Part shown: positions 38,882 to 50,800 of the stretch, in pieces
Layout of the letters: every line of letters begins with the position of its first letter
Numbering within the stretch: the first letter of the stretch is position 1
IMG/VR virus record: IMGVR_UViG_3300027770_000035
Origin: an uncultured virus (IMG/VR IMGVR_UViG_3300027770_000035)
Taxonomy: Duplodnaviria; Heunggongvirae; Uroviricota; Caudoviricetes
Direction: 5' to 3' (one strand)
Length of the DNA stretch: 64,000 bases
The notes under the pieces: model-generated
What the model was told of the DNA's origin: nothing
What the model saw: the letters and a program-made list of their open reading frames with translations, nothing else
The model's database searches: none
Program-made: the position numbers and the translations under genes

Positions 38882-40024
38882 TTATGCTAGAACCCAACCA
38901 CTGCCTGTGTATAGGAGATCGAAAGGTGCTGCGGAATCTACTGTAAGATCGCTGGACAAACCCATAATAGTATTTGTATTTCTTGCAACGGTATAACTAT
39001 TTATAGAAGAACTTGCTGGCCGGAATCCAATGCTATCTCCGGTGGTAGGTGATGCTGGTAGAGTCAGGGTGATGCCTGTTGATGTCACATTATATGTGGT
39101 TTGAGCCACAACAGGATTCAGACTGGTGGATTGCACAGTAACATTGGTTCTACCTTTGAGCACACCAGTGACCGTGACACTCGAAGAGAATGTAGCAGCA
39201 CCTGTAACACCCAGAGTAGAACTAAGAGTAGCAGCACCTGTTACACCCAGAGTAGTTCCTACTGTGGCGAATCCTGTGGTACTCAATGATGCAGAGGCCA
39301 GTGTAGAACTAAATACACCCGCACCAGATACAGTAAGTGTCCCAGGTGTCCCCGATACAGTAAGTGACGATAGAGTTCCCACAGAGGTAAGACTTGAACT
39401 AACAACACCACCACCCAGAGTTGTTGCACTGAGTACAGAAGTCCCGCCAACATAATATGCAGTCGAGGTGGTGATATTACCAGTAACATCCAAAGGAGTG
39501 GCCGGAATAACATTACCAATACCAACCTTACCACCAGCCACATACAGATTGTTGGTGTTGATGGTCAGGCCAGTAGGCACAGTAAGCACACCAGCCGAGA
39601 ATGTGAATCCACTCGAACCATCAAAGGCTCCAGCATTATTAAATTGTACAAAGGTGGTGGATCCACCCGGAGTGGCAATATATTGAGGATGGACTTTCTT
39701 GACCGATGTTGAAGAGGCCTCATATATTAACAGATAATCATTGGCAGCAATTACTGGGGCAGTGATTTCACTCTTGTTTGTAAATGCAGCAGGAGTTATT
39801 GTGAAGTTTATGTTACCACCAGAGATTGCGGAAGACAGATCCGCACCAGGTGTATAGTTGATCCAGGACGTGCCATATGCAGCAATCTGTCCAGAAGTAT
39901 ATCCAGACCCACCAATCGATCCTGAAGTTGCACTGATTACATCAACCTGGTCCGCAAGTTGATTTGTTTTCTGCGCCCATTGAGCGAGAGAATCTGAACT
40001 TTTAAGCCTTGACGTTGATGGCAT
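38882..40024 (-). CDS. Tail fibre protein
   Basis: Ser/Thr/Gly-rich; VQFNNAG, KVGIG, SSLTSVGTL, TLGVTGA repeats, TLPASP..GD C-terminal domain. Confidence 0.7.
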   Translation of the reverse strand: MPSTSRLKSSDSLAQWAQKTNQLADQVDVISATSGSIGGSGYTSGQIAAYGTSWINYTPGADLSSAISGGNINFTITPAAFTNKSEITAPVIAANDYLLIYEASSTSVKKVHPQYIATPGGSTTFVQFNNAGAFDGSSGFTFSAGVLTVPTGLTINTNNLYVAGGKVGIGNVIPATPLDVTGNITTSTAYYVGGTSVLSATTLGGGVVSSSLTSVGTLSSLTVSGTPGTLTVSGAGVFSSTLASASLSTTGFATVGTTLGVTGAATLSSTLGVTGAATFSSSVTVTGVLKGRTNVTVQSTSLNPVVAQTTYNVTSTGITLTLPASPTTGDSIGFRPASSSINSYTVARNTNTIMGLSSDLTVDSAAPFDLLYTGSGWVLA

Positions 40025-40251
40025 TAACTATTTCCTCTAGAGATAGCCGAAAGTAATAGAGCTTTTATTTCCTGAATTTCTTTGGCAACAGTCCCGCTCA
40101 GTTCTTCTACAGACTTCCTTAGAGTATTTATTTCGTTTTGAATCTTCTGTTTCTCCAGGAACTCTGTCCGAGCCTTATTATCGACAAAGTGAATTGCCTT
40201 TGAATAAGGATCTCGAATAGCTCCTGGTGTATTAGTCTGTATGAAGTTCAT
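40024..40251 (-). CDS. Small coiled-coil protein downstream of the VrlC-like gene
   Basis: RDPYSKAI...EIQEIKALL; GGAG upstream of ATG at 40251. Confidence 0.65.
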   Translation of the reverse strand: MNFIQTNTPGAIRDPYSKAIHFVDNKARTEFLEKQKIQNEINTLRKSVEELSGTVAKEIQEIKALLLSAISRGNS

Positions 40252-40261
40252 ATACTCCAAC

Positions 40262-43200
40262 CTATTGTAGTACGATTGATCTGAAGTCAGATACTCGGGG
40301 AACCAGTAGCGGATCGGCACTCAACATAACAATCTTGATAGCATACTGAATGAAGTTGGTATAGGTAACTGAACCAGATTTGTAGTAGATTGCCTGTGTT
40401 ACACCAGTCGCCCCAGACGCATAGGGCAAGAACTGATATTCAAGGAACTGAGTCGGATCAGTAGAATAGGTAGATGTCGCCGGAGATACTTGCTGCATCA
40501 GTGTCCAATTCTTAGAGGCCAGTGTAGAAGAATCATCAGCCGACAAAACCTTGTAGTAAACAAGAACATTGGAGTTGGCAGGTTTATTTGCAGTCAGATA
40601 AATCTTGATGTAGGATGAATTGGTACTAAGCACCACTGGACGGGTGATGTACTTGGCATAGGCACCACCACCAGTCGGTCGAGTCTCATCCAGAGTAATA
40701 TCATTCACAATACCAGATGCCCCTGTGGAACCAATTGTCGATCCATTGTATCCACGAATAACAGTCAGGTTAGTTGCATTAGCGACATTACCACCAGAGA
40801 CAACCTGCATAAATTCAGCACCAGGACCAGTAGCTCCGGTGAAGTTTAGAATATCATTGTTATTGATTGTAAGAGCATCGGCCACAGGAATGGTTGTTAA
40901 AAACCGATTCAGCAGTGCCAGAGCACCAGTGGCCGCAGGAGTCGTGCTATTGTAGCCACGAACTACTGTGATACCAGTCGCACCCAGCGCACCAGTGATA
41001 TTAATCTGTTCCGCACCATTGATGATAACACCAGAGGTAGGAGTCGAAGTACCAAAGCTAGTCGCACCAAGTTGCTGAACCACACCAGCACCTGTTGCAG
41101 CCAAAGCACCCACAATCGTGATACCAGTCGAACCCACATTAGCAGTAAGAGTTGTGGTGAATCCAGATACATTATTGACTACGTTCTGCACGGCAATAAC
41201 TGACTGACGAGTTGCATTGAGCACCGGAGAAACATACTGAGAGGTAGTTGAACAGGTAACTTTTTTACGGAATGATTCTCCAGCAGTCACTACCTGATAA
41301 GCACTTGAAGGATAGGCAAAGTTCTTATTGGTTGCTAGTGTTGTGTATGTGGAATCAATAAAACCAGGACCAGTAGATCCCTTGATTGCCTGAGAGATTG
41401 ATGTGGATGAGAAAGGATTGTATGACTCTTCGGGAACCATAATCACATTAGGACGAAGCACTCCCTGAGGTTTCCGATAAAATGTGATCGGAGTTCCTGA
41501 TTGAATCGGGTAGTTCAATGTGTTTGATAGTGTAATCGACCCAGCAGTGACTGATCCTCCGGTGATTGTGGTAGAAGCAGGTATGGCTCCAGTCGCACCA
41601 GTCGAACCAACAATTGCACCATACACCAGACTCGGAGCCATAATATCAGTGAAGTATAATGTTGCTCCAGTAGAACCTGTGACTGTATTGATGGTGATAA
41701 TATTATCAGCCGCAGTAGGCACACCACCAGGGTCCCTATCATAGTCACTCCAGGTTGTTACAAAAGGATATGTTGTACTGAACTTACAATAGTAAAGATT
41801 AAATGCAAGATCAGTAGTAACATCAGCCGTCCAGGAAGAGGCATTCTGAGTTCTAAAGATATTACCAACATAGGGTCTCTGAGAGATCAGAGTCGAACTG
41901 CCGATTTGTTTCTGACCAATCACAGCAGCCCAGGGTGCATATAGATTAGAGTTGGCAATCAACACAATACAGTATTCACCAGGCTTCAGATACACAACAT
42001 TCGGAAAGGTTACAGTTGTGGCCACAGTTCCGGTTGTTGAGGTGTTGACCGAAGCCGCAGAGATGGTTACTGTACTTAGAATGTTTGTGGGTGAAGGATA
42101 TCCATTAGAAGTATCTCGAATCTGTACTGTAAGAGGCAGAGTCGGATCCTTGGTTGCAAAGAACAGATCCGCCTTAGAAAGGAATATGCCTTCAGGATAA
42201 TTGGTATTATCAATGTAGAATGTCTGAGCCAAAGGATAGATCTTTGTCTGAGGTTGATTCTGGGACACGGACTGAAACGAAGTAGCATCAACCAAGGCCA
42301 GAGGAGTGGCAAGACTCAAGGACGGATCGGCAAGACCCTGAACCTTGTAGGTTGTCTGGCAACCAGTGGTCTCAGCAGTCCTGGTTCCATTCACATTGTC
42401 AGTAAGAAGGAAAATATTAGAACCAGTATAGTACGCACCCAGAGTGATCGTAAAGGTACCAGATACAGCGCCAGCAGCATTAGTTGTTAGTGCTCCACCC
42501 AGGGTTCCGCCAGTCGGAGTGACACCAGCAGCAGCAGTCTTACCATCGAAGAATGGATATACTCTGGTAAATGGTTTAAGACCCACAGCCGAGAATGTCA
42601 GAGTCCGTGAACGAATGAACTGAGTCATTGCAATATTGGTAACCATATTACCAATCTGGTACTGATTCAGACCAATCGGAGGAGGCACCGGAACATTAGT
42701 CGATGAAGTTACTGCATTGGTTACTGAGCGAGGAACTGTTGTAATATTGGTAACATAAGTTGGTTCTGTATATAGATTCCAATAACCAACAATATCATTT
42801 GGATCAGAAGTGAGGAAGGGTCCTTTTCTAACAGCAACAGACGTGGTGGCTATGGCCTCACTGTGGCCAGAAAATATTGCCAGGGGACCGAATAATTTAT
42901 CCGCCGTGCCACCCGGAGTTATGGGTTGTAGACCATAGACAGAACCCGTGGCATCGGCTCCTCTGGTCGTTGTTGATACTGAATCATACTCTGTGGTGTT
43001 CTCATATGATGTTGTTGTGTGTACACCATACCAGAGATTATTCCACTGATTGTAAAGAGACCCATAAGGATTGACGGCACCCGGATGGAAGTTATCATAG
43101 ATACCATTTGGACTTGTGAGATTGACAGGACCCACCTGAATGTCATACCAGGTATCATTATTCGGTGTGATTGCAAGACTACCTACCCAATCAAAAACCG

Positions 43201-46200
43201 AGAATGGATTGAGATTGATTGGAGTTGTGGCCTGAGGCTGAGATACTACGGTATTCGAATCATCAAACGCAGCAGTAACCAGATCGCCTCTCTTGATATA
43301 TCCTGTGGCTCCATCAGTAGACTCTAAATTAGTTATCAATGATAGACCATATGATCTCTGGAGGAATGCTGGACGAAGTTCCTGATCAGCAATATCAATA
43401 GAGCAAGTATTGTCAGGATTGAATACATCAGAAATATTTGTTCCGGTGAATGAATCAACCAGAATAGAATTATTGAATCGAGTATTACCATTGGCATCAA
43501 CCACATTAAAGGTCGAGGTGGATTGTTCCAAGGCACTCAGAGCAGCATAATATTCAAGGTTGACGATTCTATCTTCCAGCTTTGAGATATCATTCATTGT
43601 ATATCTCTTGTTGCTGATCGCAGTAAGACCTACTGAATCAGTTCCATATGTATACGCAGGAATGTACATCGTATACAGGTCAAGAGAATTATCAATATCA
43701 GCAGGAGCCTTGGGCGACTTGCTGGGTGTGCCTGTGATATCAAGGAACTTACCATCAGAGGTTACAACAATCTTATCGATTCTCGGAAGGTAATATGATA
43801 TGGTAGAGATGAAGTTAGAGTTAGGAGCAGCAATTGTCTGAGCACTCACGAATGTATTAGCAGTCAGCTTTGTTGGACGACAATCGATAGCATTGAATAA
43901 ATTGATTCTTCTACCAGTAGAATCATTGTAATACTGAGGAATATTCTTATTGCTATATGAATTTGCACAGAAGAACCCATCATTGATACCGTGAGACAAG
44001 TATTCAAAGAAGATTACCACCGGAGTGGCCACAGCCTGACCTGTGCCTAATGTGACAGAAGATAAGTCATAATAATTATCTCGCTGACCATTATCGAATG
44101 TGTATTTACCAGTAACATCATTGGCAGTATTGAACCAATCGGTTGAGGTAGGATTTCCTGAGGTAGTGGTAATAATCTTCACGATCCGAGTTACGTCTGA
44201 CACACCCAGAGAAATAGTTCCCATTCCTGTGGCCGAGTAGACATAACCCGTACCAGAAGCACCTGTGGTAAATGTAGGACACACATTGTATGTGGATTCA
44301 GTGGTTACTGTGACAGGCACAGTAAGTGTTGCAACTTTAGTCGATCCTCCAACATATGACTGAACAGTATATACTGTACTACCTGAACCAGTACCCGAGG
44401 TGATGGTGAGATTGCTATAGAAGTTATCAGTAACTGATGCATCAGCCGAAAGAGTAACGTTTGTGCTGGCAGTAGAATTTGCAGCAAACTTACCCTGAGT
44501 TGACATCGGAGCCAGAGTCTTGGTGTTGGGTACGGCATTACTATTATTGATGTATGCAGTAACAGTCAGAATATCAGTAGGATTCTGTGGACCTGTTGCT
44601 CCAGCAACCGAAGAAATAGTTGCAGTCTGCTGACTAGCTGATCCAGGATTATTCAAAGCCAGATTGTATGTGGTGATAGCAGCCGTTAATGGATTACCAG
44701 TCACAACATAATATACTGATTTGGTGGTATTATCAATTCCTGTTGATCCTGCGACACCCTGAAAGCGTTCACGAGCAAATGGAGTCTGGAAAGTTCCTGA
44801 TCCAGCAGTAAGATTCACAGTGAACTGTTTACGATAAGACACATTCATCGTGCCAGTCGATAGATTATCTACAACATCATATCCAGTATCGTATACCAAT
44901 GAAGTTGTTCCGGGGAATGATAGAGCAGCCGGAGTGGTAACCAAGAATAATTGATTCGAAGATGACCTGACATCATTATCACCAATCGAAGTAACAGATG
45001 TGAAGGTCTTATTGGGAGTGCCTGTGATAGTTACATCAAACAAATATAGATTATAACTGCCAGCGGTTCCAGAGTATTCGATGTTCCTTGCTCTGGCAGT
45101 ACCGATGGTGTTATTGCCGCTATCATAAAGATACAGACTCTGGAAAGCACTGATGGTGGGTTGACCCTTGGAAAGGGTTACGATTGCATAATTTCCATAG
45201 GTGATTGATGTATAATGATTTGTATCAGTGGCAGTGGTTCTTGCCTTATTAATCGGAAGAGATTGCTTGGCGATTGTGGATATCTCAAAACCCTTTACGA
45301 ATGCTTTGCCCGGAGCAATCTTGAGCAGCATCGAAGGACCAGTCGCACCCACAGCAGGATTGACTTCAAGATTGGCCACAAAGGGATTGACAATGAAGTC
45401 GCCGTTTGTATCATAGGTTCGTCTCGCAAGCACCTTCAAAATTTCAGAGTATGAAGGACCAGTGATTTGTTGCTGAAGAACACCAGCATCAACTCGGAGA
45501 ATTTCAATGAATGTACTTGCACTGGTTACTGAATTAATATCCAGTGCAGTAAGTACCAGATTGATCAGAAGTCGATCTGCACCCGGAGCAGCATAGTTAT
45601 AAGAACCATTGGCATTATCCAGCAGAGTAGTATCTACTGTGGAATCCACCGTGGTGATGTTGGCTACCAAACCAACTTTCTTGGTTGGAATGTTGTTATT
45701 CTTATTCAGATACACGGTCTGAGCAGGACAGATTACAAAGCTACCCTGAGTGAAGAAGATACCATCGTCAATTGATACCGTTGAAGACGAACCAGTGAAG
45801 GATGTCGCAGCCACAGTAACAGGGAGGATTGTAGTGAGACCACCAGTCACAGTAACAGATTCTGAGGCAGAGAATGAGAGACCAGTCAGAGGTCTATAGA
45901 TAAGAGTATTAGGATCTGTAGAATCTACGGCAACAACAAGACCAATTGCTCCACTAGTCCCACCAGTAATTGTGGCACCAACGAATGAGGTGATTGTCTG
46001 AGTATTGTTGAATAGTACAAGATACCGAGCAGTAGTGACATCCAGAGTAGATTGTCCACCCAGAATAAGAGACCCGTCATTAAAGATATGACTGCCGAAT
46101 CTCTGGACCTGAGTCTGTAGAATTGCCTGAAGTTGATTTAGTTCTCTTGCCTGTACCGCATACCCAGGCTTGAATAATACTCGCAGGAAGTCCTTTGTCT

Positions 46201-46255
46201 CAGGAGAGTAGTCATCAAAGTAGGGTGCTGAATTAAGAGTGGAAATTACAGACAT
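40262..46255 (-). CDS. Large virion structural protein, VrlC/DUF4815-like
   Basis: PYFDD, VLFKPGYAVQARELNQLQ, APGADRL, LARRTYD..GDF, YYLPRID, RYTMNDI..LE.RI.NLEYY, PLAQTF, AKYITR. Confidence 0.88.
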   Translation of the reverse strand: MSVISTLNSAPYFDDYSPETKDFLRVLFKPGYAVQARELNQLQAILQTQVQRFGSHIFNDGSLILGGQSTLDVTTARYLVLFNNTQTITSFVGATITGGTSGAIGLVVAVDSTDPNTLIYRPLTGLSFSASESVTVTGGLTTILPVTVAATSFTGSSSTVSIDDGIFFTQGSFVICPAQTVYLNKNNNIPTKKVGLVANITTVDSTVDTTLLDNANGSYNYAAPGADRLLINLVLTALDINSVTSASTFIEILRVDAGVLQQQITGPSYSEILKVLARRTYDTNGDFIVNPFVANLEVNPAVGATGPSMLLKIAPGKAFVKGFEISTIAKQSLPINKARTTATDTNHYTSITYGNYAIVTLSKGQPTISAFQSLYLYDSGNNTIGTARARNIEYSGTAGSYNLYLFDVTITGTPNKTFTSVTSIGDNDVRSSSNQLFLVTTPAALSFPGTTSLVYDTGYDVVDNLSTGTMNVSYRKQFTVNLTAGSGTFQTPFARERFQGVAGSTGIDNTTKSVYYVVTGNPLTAAITTYNLALNNPGSASQQTATISSVAGATGPQNPTDILTVTAYINNSNAVPNTKTLAPMSTQGKFAANSTASTNVTLSADASVTDNFYSNLTITSGTGSGSTVYTVQSYVGGSTKVATLTVPVTVTTESTYNVCPTFTTGASGTGYVYSATGMGTISLGVSDVTRIVKIITTTSGNPTSTDWFNTANDVTGKYTFDNGQRDNYYDLSSVTLGTGQAVATPVVIFFEYLSHGINDGFFCANSYSNKNIPQYYNDSTGRRINLFNAIDCRPTKLTANTFVSAQTIAAPNSNFISTISYYLPRIDKIVVTSDGKFLDITGTPSKSPKAPADIDNSLDLYTMYIPAYTYGTDSVGLTAISNKRYTMNDISKLEDRIVNLEYYAALSALEQSTSTFNVVDANGNTRFNNSILVDSFTGTNISDVFNPDNTCSIDIADQELRPAFLQRSYGLSLITNLESTDGATGYIKRGDLVTAAFDDSNTVVSQPQATTPINLNPFSVFDWVGSLAITPNNDTWYDIQVGPVNLTSPNGIYDNFHPGAVNPYGSLYNQWNNLWYGVHTTTSYENTTEYDSVSTTTRGADATGSVYGLQPITPGGTADKLFGPLAIFSGHSEAIATTSVAVRKGPFLTSDPNDIVGYWNLYTEPTYVTNITTVPRSVTNAVTSSTNVPVPPPIGLNQYQIGNMVTNIAMTQFIRSRTLTFSAVGLKPFTRVYPFFDGKTAAAGVTPTGGTLGGALTTNAAGAVSGTFTITLGAYYTGSNIFLLTDNVNGTRTAETTGCQTTYKVQGLADPSLSLATPLALVDATSFQSVSQNQPQTKIYPLAQTFYIDNTNYPEGIFLSKADLFFATKDPTLPLTVQIRDTSNGYPSPTNILSTVTISAASVNTSTTGTVATTVTFPNVVYLKPGEYCIVLIANSNLYAPWAAVIGQKQIGSSTLISQRPYVGNIFRTQNASSWTADVTTDLAFNLYYCKFSTTYPFVTTWSDYDRDPGGVPTAADNIITINTVTGSTGATLYFTDIMAPSLVYGAIVGSTGATGAIPASTTITGGSVTAGSITLSNTLNYPIQSGTPITFYRKPQGVLRPNVIMVPEESYNPFSSTSISQAIKGSTGPGFIDSTYTTLATNKNFAYPSSAYQVVTAGESFRKKVTCSTTSQYVSPVLNATRQSVIAVQNVVNNVSGFTTTLTANVGSTGITIVGALAATGAGVVQQLGATSFGTSTPTSGVIINGAEQINITGALGATGITVVRGYNSTTPAATGALALLNRFLTTIPVADALTINNNDILNFTGATGPGAEFMQVVSGGNVANATNLTVIRGYNGSTIGSTGASGIVNDITLDETRPTGGGAYAKYITRPVVLSTNSSYIKIYLTANKPANSNVLVYYKVLSADDSSTLASKNWTLMQQVSPATSTYSTDPTQFLEYQFLPYASGATGVTQAIYYKSGSVTYTNFIQYAIKIVMLSADPLLVPRVSDFRSIVLQ

Positions 46256-46281
46256 TTAATAGTTGGCCTCTGGAGTATTTA

Positions 46282-47874
46282 TTAGTATTCGATGACAACT
46301 TTTACGTCTTCTATCTGATCTGGGTATCTTATGATGGGCTTTCTGTTCTCTACATAAAGAATATCTCCCACGTTGACAACCGCAGCCGCAGGAGTCACCG
46401 CAGATATAGCAACAGGACCTTGTGCCAACTGAGTTCCAGCGACGAATGTTCCTGTTACTGAAGTGAGATATAGTTGATTTTTGACAGTATCATACTTCAC
46501 AACAGTTCCACTCGCTCCACCTGATGTTACGGTAGAATCCAGAGCAAAGGATCCTACCTCACCCAGAGTAAGCACCACACACTGATTCAGTACAGCCGAG
46601 TTGGCAAGAATCCCATACTTAGAAGTTGTATCAGGAATGGTTGTCCAGTTAGAAACAAAGGACACGGCAGGGACCACATCATTGACATAGTTACTGATTA
46701 CATTAACCTGACCTGCACCAGTACCAGATAGAATTACCATACTCTTACCAGCAGTAGGATAGTAGGGTGTGGTGGAAATCATAGGAGAAGTTGCTGCGTG
46801 CAGTGCATTCAATCTCAGAGTATTGGGTCCGGTGGCACCACCTGCTCCTGTCGCACCTGCATTATAATATGATCCGGTGAAGATGGGATTGGAAACAATC
46901 CCGATCTGCCGATACTCATTGGTGTCTACAATCTGACCACCTTCATTACCATTGACTCGAACCTTGACCATAAGATTGGTGGCATTCAATTCTTTGATAG
47001 CATCGGCACCGTGATAGGGAGCAGAACCAGCCAGAGCATTTTGTTGAATCGTCCATTGATCCGAACCATCATTTGATTTAATGGTTCTTACAGGCAGCCA
47101 GCTAGTTGTTTGAAATTGTTCTGCATCAAAAGCCGGAATGGTATACATATACTTCCAGATGTATCCATCAACTGTTGTTTCTGAAGCACCTGCCGAAGTA
47201 GATGTGGAAGTAGGTTGAACAGTACTTCCTGCGCTGATATTACTATTGTTACCCAGACACTTATAGACTCTGTTGGAAGTATTGACCACATAGAATGGTT
47301 GGATATCAAAGGTGGAAGGAGTGGTACCTGATAGAGTCAGAGGATCAGTGAATGTAATTGTCGGAACCACAGTGTACCCAGTATTACCTGTTCCGGTGAA
47401 TGTAATTGCAGTCACGGAACCCGCAGAGATAGTGGCAACGGCGGTGGCGGTGTTTGGTGCGCCAGTAATAGTTACTGTAGGAGCAGTAGAGTAGTTAGAA
47501 CCAGGATTTGTAATTGTACATGAAATAACTCCACCAGACACAGTTGCTGTGGCCGTGGCCCGAGTATATGTCTGAGCAGTGGTCAGAGTCTTGATATCTA
47601 CTGAGGCACTATACTGTTGATACTTTTTGCCAGTAACCCAACCATAATAAGGAACCACATTAACCACATTGGTAGGTTGTACTCTTTTCATATAGACCAT
47701 ATCACCGAAGATATCGTTCTGAAGATTAACACAGTCTAGGGGAGTATCAGGAGAGTTAACATTGGACCAGGCAGTGGGATCAGAAAATGAGAAATACACA
47801 CTCTGATTTGTCACGTTGCTGACAAAGTTATTGACGTTCTTGAGTCTGAGTGATTCTGTTAGAATGTTTGGCAT
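46282..47874 (-). CDS. gp8: Baseplate wedge subunit, gp8-like
   Basis: FYVVN..NRVYKCL.N, DGYIWKYMYTI, YRQIGIV.NP, GDILYVENRKPI.R..DQIEDVKVVIEY. Confidence 0.85.
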   Translation of the reverse strand: MPNILTESLRLKNVNNFVSNVTNQSVYFSFSDPTAWSNVNSPDTPLDCVNLQNDIFGDMVYMKRVQPTNVVNVVPYYGWVTGKKYQQYSASVDIKTLTTAQTYTRATATATVSGGVISCTITNPGSNYSTAPTVTITGAPNTATAVATISAGSVTAITFTGTGNTGYTVVPTITFTDPLTLSGTTPSTFDIQPFYVVNTSNRVYKCLGNNSNISAGSTVQPTSTSTSAGASETTVDGYIWKYMYTIPAFDAEQFQTTSWLPVRTIKSNDGSDQWTIQQNALAGSAPYHGADAIKELNATNLMVKVRVNGNEGGQIVDTNEYRQIGIVSNPIFTGSYYNAGATGAGGATGPNTLRLNALHAATSPMISTTPYYPTAGKSMVILSGTGAGQVNVISNYVNDVVPAVSFVSNWTTIPDTTSKYGILANSAVLNQCVVLTLGEVGSFALDSTVTSGGASGTVVKYDTVKNQLYLTSVTGTFVAGTQLAQGPVAISAVTPAAAVVNVGDILYVENRKPIIRYPDQIEDVKVVIEY

Positions 47875-47881
47875 TTCTTCC

Positions 47882-50800
47882 TTAGACCTTTATGATATTT
47901 ATTTCGGATTCTTGGATGGATTTGATTCTCTTCCCTCGTGTACTGTAGTTCCCAGATACCGAAGCCACAGGTATATTTAGTCCATTACAGGACAGAGTCG
48001 AGGCAGTGAAGTCAGGAGACACCGGATCCTTGAAAATATAGAGTAGGTTATTATCCTGATCCCATTCATCAACACTTCCCTGAGCACCCGTGGATGGCTG
48101 AATAACTCTGCAACCTTTACGAATTCCTGGAGCATCAATAACTACTGAGGGAGGCGAAGTATAATCAAGACCATTGGTAGTCAGAACAATACTGACCACA
48201 CTACCACCAGACACTTCTGCATAGGCCTGACCACCCGAATCCGTAACAGTAGTTCCAGAATAGGTGATAGTCGCTCCGCCACCATTCAAAGTTACTCTGG
48301 GAGTTTCTACATATCCGGCTCCAGATGCTCCAGCAATCACTGTTATTCCGGTGATAGATCCATTGGCAATAGTAGCCTTGGCCTGAGCAGTCTTAAACAC
48401 TCCGGTGGCACCCGGAACAGAAAGAATCACTCCACCCACAGAAGAGTAGTTTAGATAGTCCGCAGCCGGAGCACTGGTATTACTCTTTAGATCCACATAG
48501 GCAAAGGCAGGAACTGTTATCGCAGTAGGATTGGTGATGGTTACTTTGGGAGTCGTGATATAACCAGAACCTGTTGCACCCAAAGTCAGAGCAGTAATAA
48601 CTCCACCAACCACCGTGGCGTAGGCAGTGGCCTGAGTTCCTACCAAAGGAGCATCGATTGTAACCAGGGGACCAGTCGCTCCTGATGAATAACCAGAACC
48701 ACCAGAAAGCAGAGTGATAGAATCCACATAGGTCGTGAAGTAACCAGAATTATTATATAGATCCTTGGAGATATAGTATGTTGAATTGGTATTCGGAGCA
48801 GTCGAGAACACAGGAGAATAGGTGATGATTCCTGAGGCACCATCAAAACCTACGATGGTCGAAGACTGTCCTGAGCCTGTGCCCGAAGTAACATATAACT
48901 TGTAGTCTCGGAATGCATGGCGTGAGGTGCTGAAGGCAGTGGCACCTATAGTATGAGTTGTTGCACCAGTTCCATAATAGGCACGAGTAACATTGAGAAA
49001 GGAAGTGGCTCCTGCCAAAGAACCTGTGGCTCCATTGATCAACATCTTCTCGGAGTCTACCAGAATAACATCATTGGTGTTATAGTAATCGTCGTTCTGA
49101 GTAACCACAGGAATCACACCAGTAGATGCATCTACCGCAGCGGACAGAGTAGAGACCACATAGTTGGTGAATCCATAGTTGAGAAGATTACCAAAGGCAG
49201 TCGCACCCTTCATGGTACCATTGGTATTATTGACAAAGGTGAACCGAGGATTTTCCAGAAGTCTATAGCTACAGACCGATCCCGGATATCCAAATTGAAT
49301 CGGAGTGTCAAAGGTGATACTCTGGTTGGCAGAATTATAGCGAGTGACTGTGCGAGTAAGAACACCAGTGGCACCAGTGGCACCAATGATGGCAGTGAAT
49401 CCCACCAGATCCGAATCATTGGTGAAGTGTCCTGATGCACCAATATTAAGAACTCCGGTGGCTCCGGTGGATCCCTGAGTTGTGGTAGTGCCAGAAAAGT
49501 CCTCAAAGAATATGGGTTCGGTATAACTCTTGAAGAAATCAATATTCTGATAGGTGGGTCCCAGTGCAGCACAGGCCGGAGAGGATGAACTTACAATACT
49601 AATATCAGGTCGAGGATTTACATTGGTCTCGGAGTCTGTGATACCTGTAGTCAGAGGATCATCGAATGTAATTGTCGGAACCACAGTGTACCCAGTGTTG
49701 CCTGAGGTGAATGTTATTGCCGTCACAGAACCCGCATAGATAGTGGCAAAGGCAACTGCTGTGTTTGGTGCTCCTGTAACAGTTACAGTAGGAACAGACG
49801 AGTAATTATAACCAGGATTTGTAATTGAATATGATAGTACTCCACCAGTGGCACCAACCAAAGCTGTGGCTGTGGCCCGAGTATATATATGATATGCAAT
49901 CTGTTCATTCAGAGTAAGGAAGATAAAATACTTGAGTCCAGCCGGATGAATAAGTTCTTCAATCAGATTCTTGAACTGAGTGATTGATTGATCTGCTCGA
50001 AGTTCATAGGAGAACTGCTGATAGTAACGTGAATCCTGGATCTTCTTATTGGACGAGGGTTGACCATCGGTGCCTAGATATGATCCATTGGCCACATAGA
50101 AGATACTTGTGGCTCCGGTGTTATAGGTGGTACCAATCTTCTCGGCCTTACCAGTGATAGGATAGTTGTAGAGGTCTTCTGGAGTGGTTGAGAAGGCGCC
50201 ATTAATCCCCGAGAGATCATAGAGATAGACGGCTCCGGTTGCTCCCACAGAATCCACCAGAGCCACAGCATTAGAAGTATTACCAATCACTCGATGACCC
50301 ACATAACCATTAGGATCTATTCCCGGAGCACCTGTTAGAGAGAGATAATTATTCTGAGTCCACTTACCATCGGACACCCGAAGCATATCCGTAGAAGGAT
50401 AGTAGAAGTTCAGATCCGTATTGAAAAGAATTCTGTACAGGAACCTGAGTGAATCTTCGGTTCCCTTAGACCCATAGAATTGTTTGATGAACTTGACAAA
50501 CTTATTAACTTCCACAGTAACATCATTCGAATATAGATTAACAGGGAAGTTAGGAATATACTCATTGGTCAGATAGGTGGTGAGTAGATCATATTCATTG
50601 TCGATGTCTCTGACAGAAACCGAAGCCTTGGTCGCCTGATTGATATTACCAAGATTGTTTACGACCACCGGAGCAGCAACAGCGCCAGATCCCGTGGTAT
50701 CGGTGATGACTACTCGGACGGCATCGGCATCGGTATAACCAGAACCATACGCACTGACCACAATCTTGGTAAGCTGTCCCTGCTTTATCACAGCAGTAAC

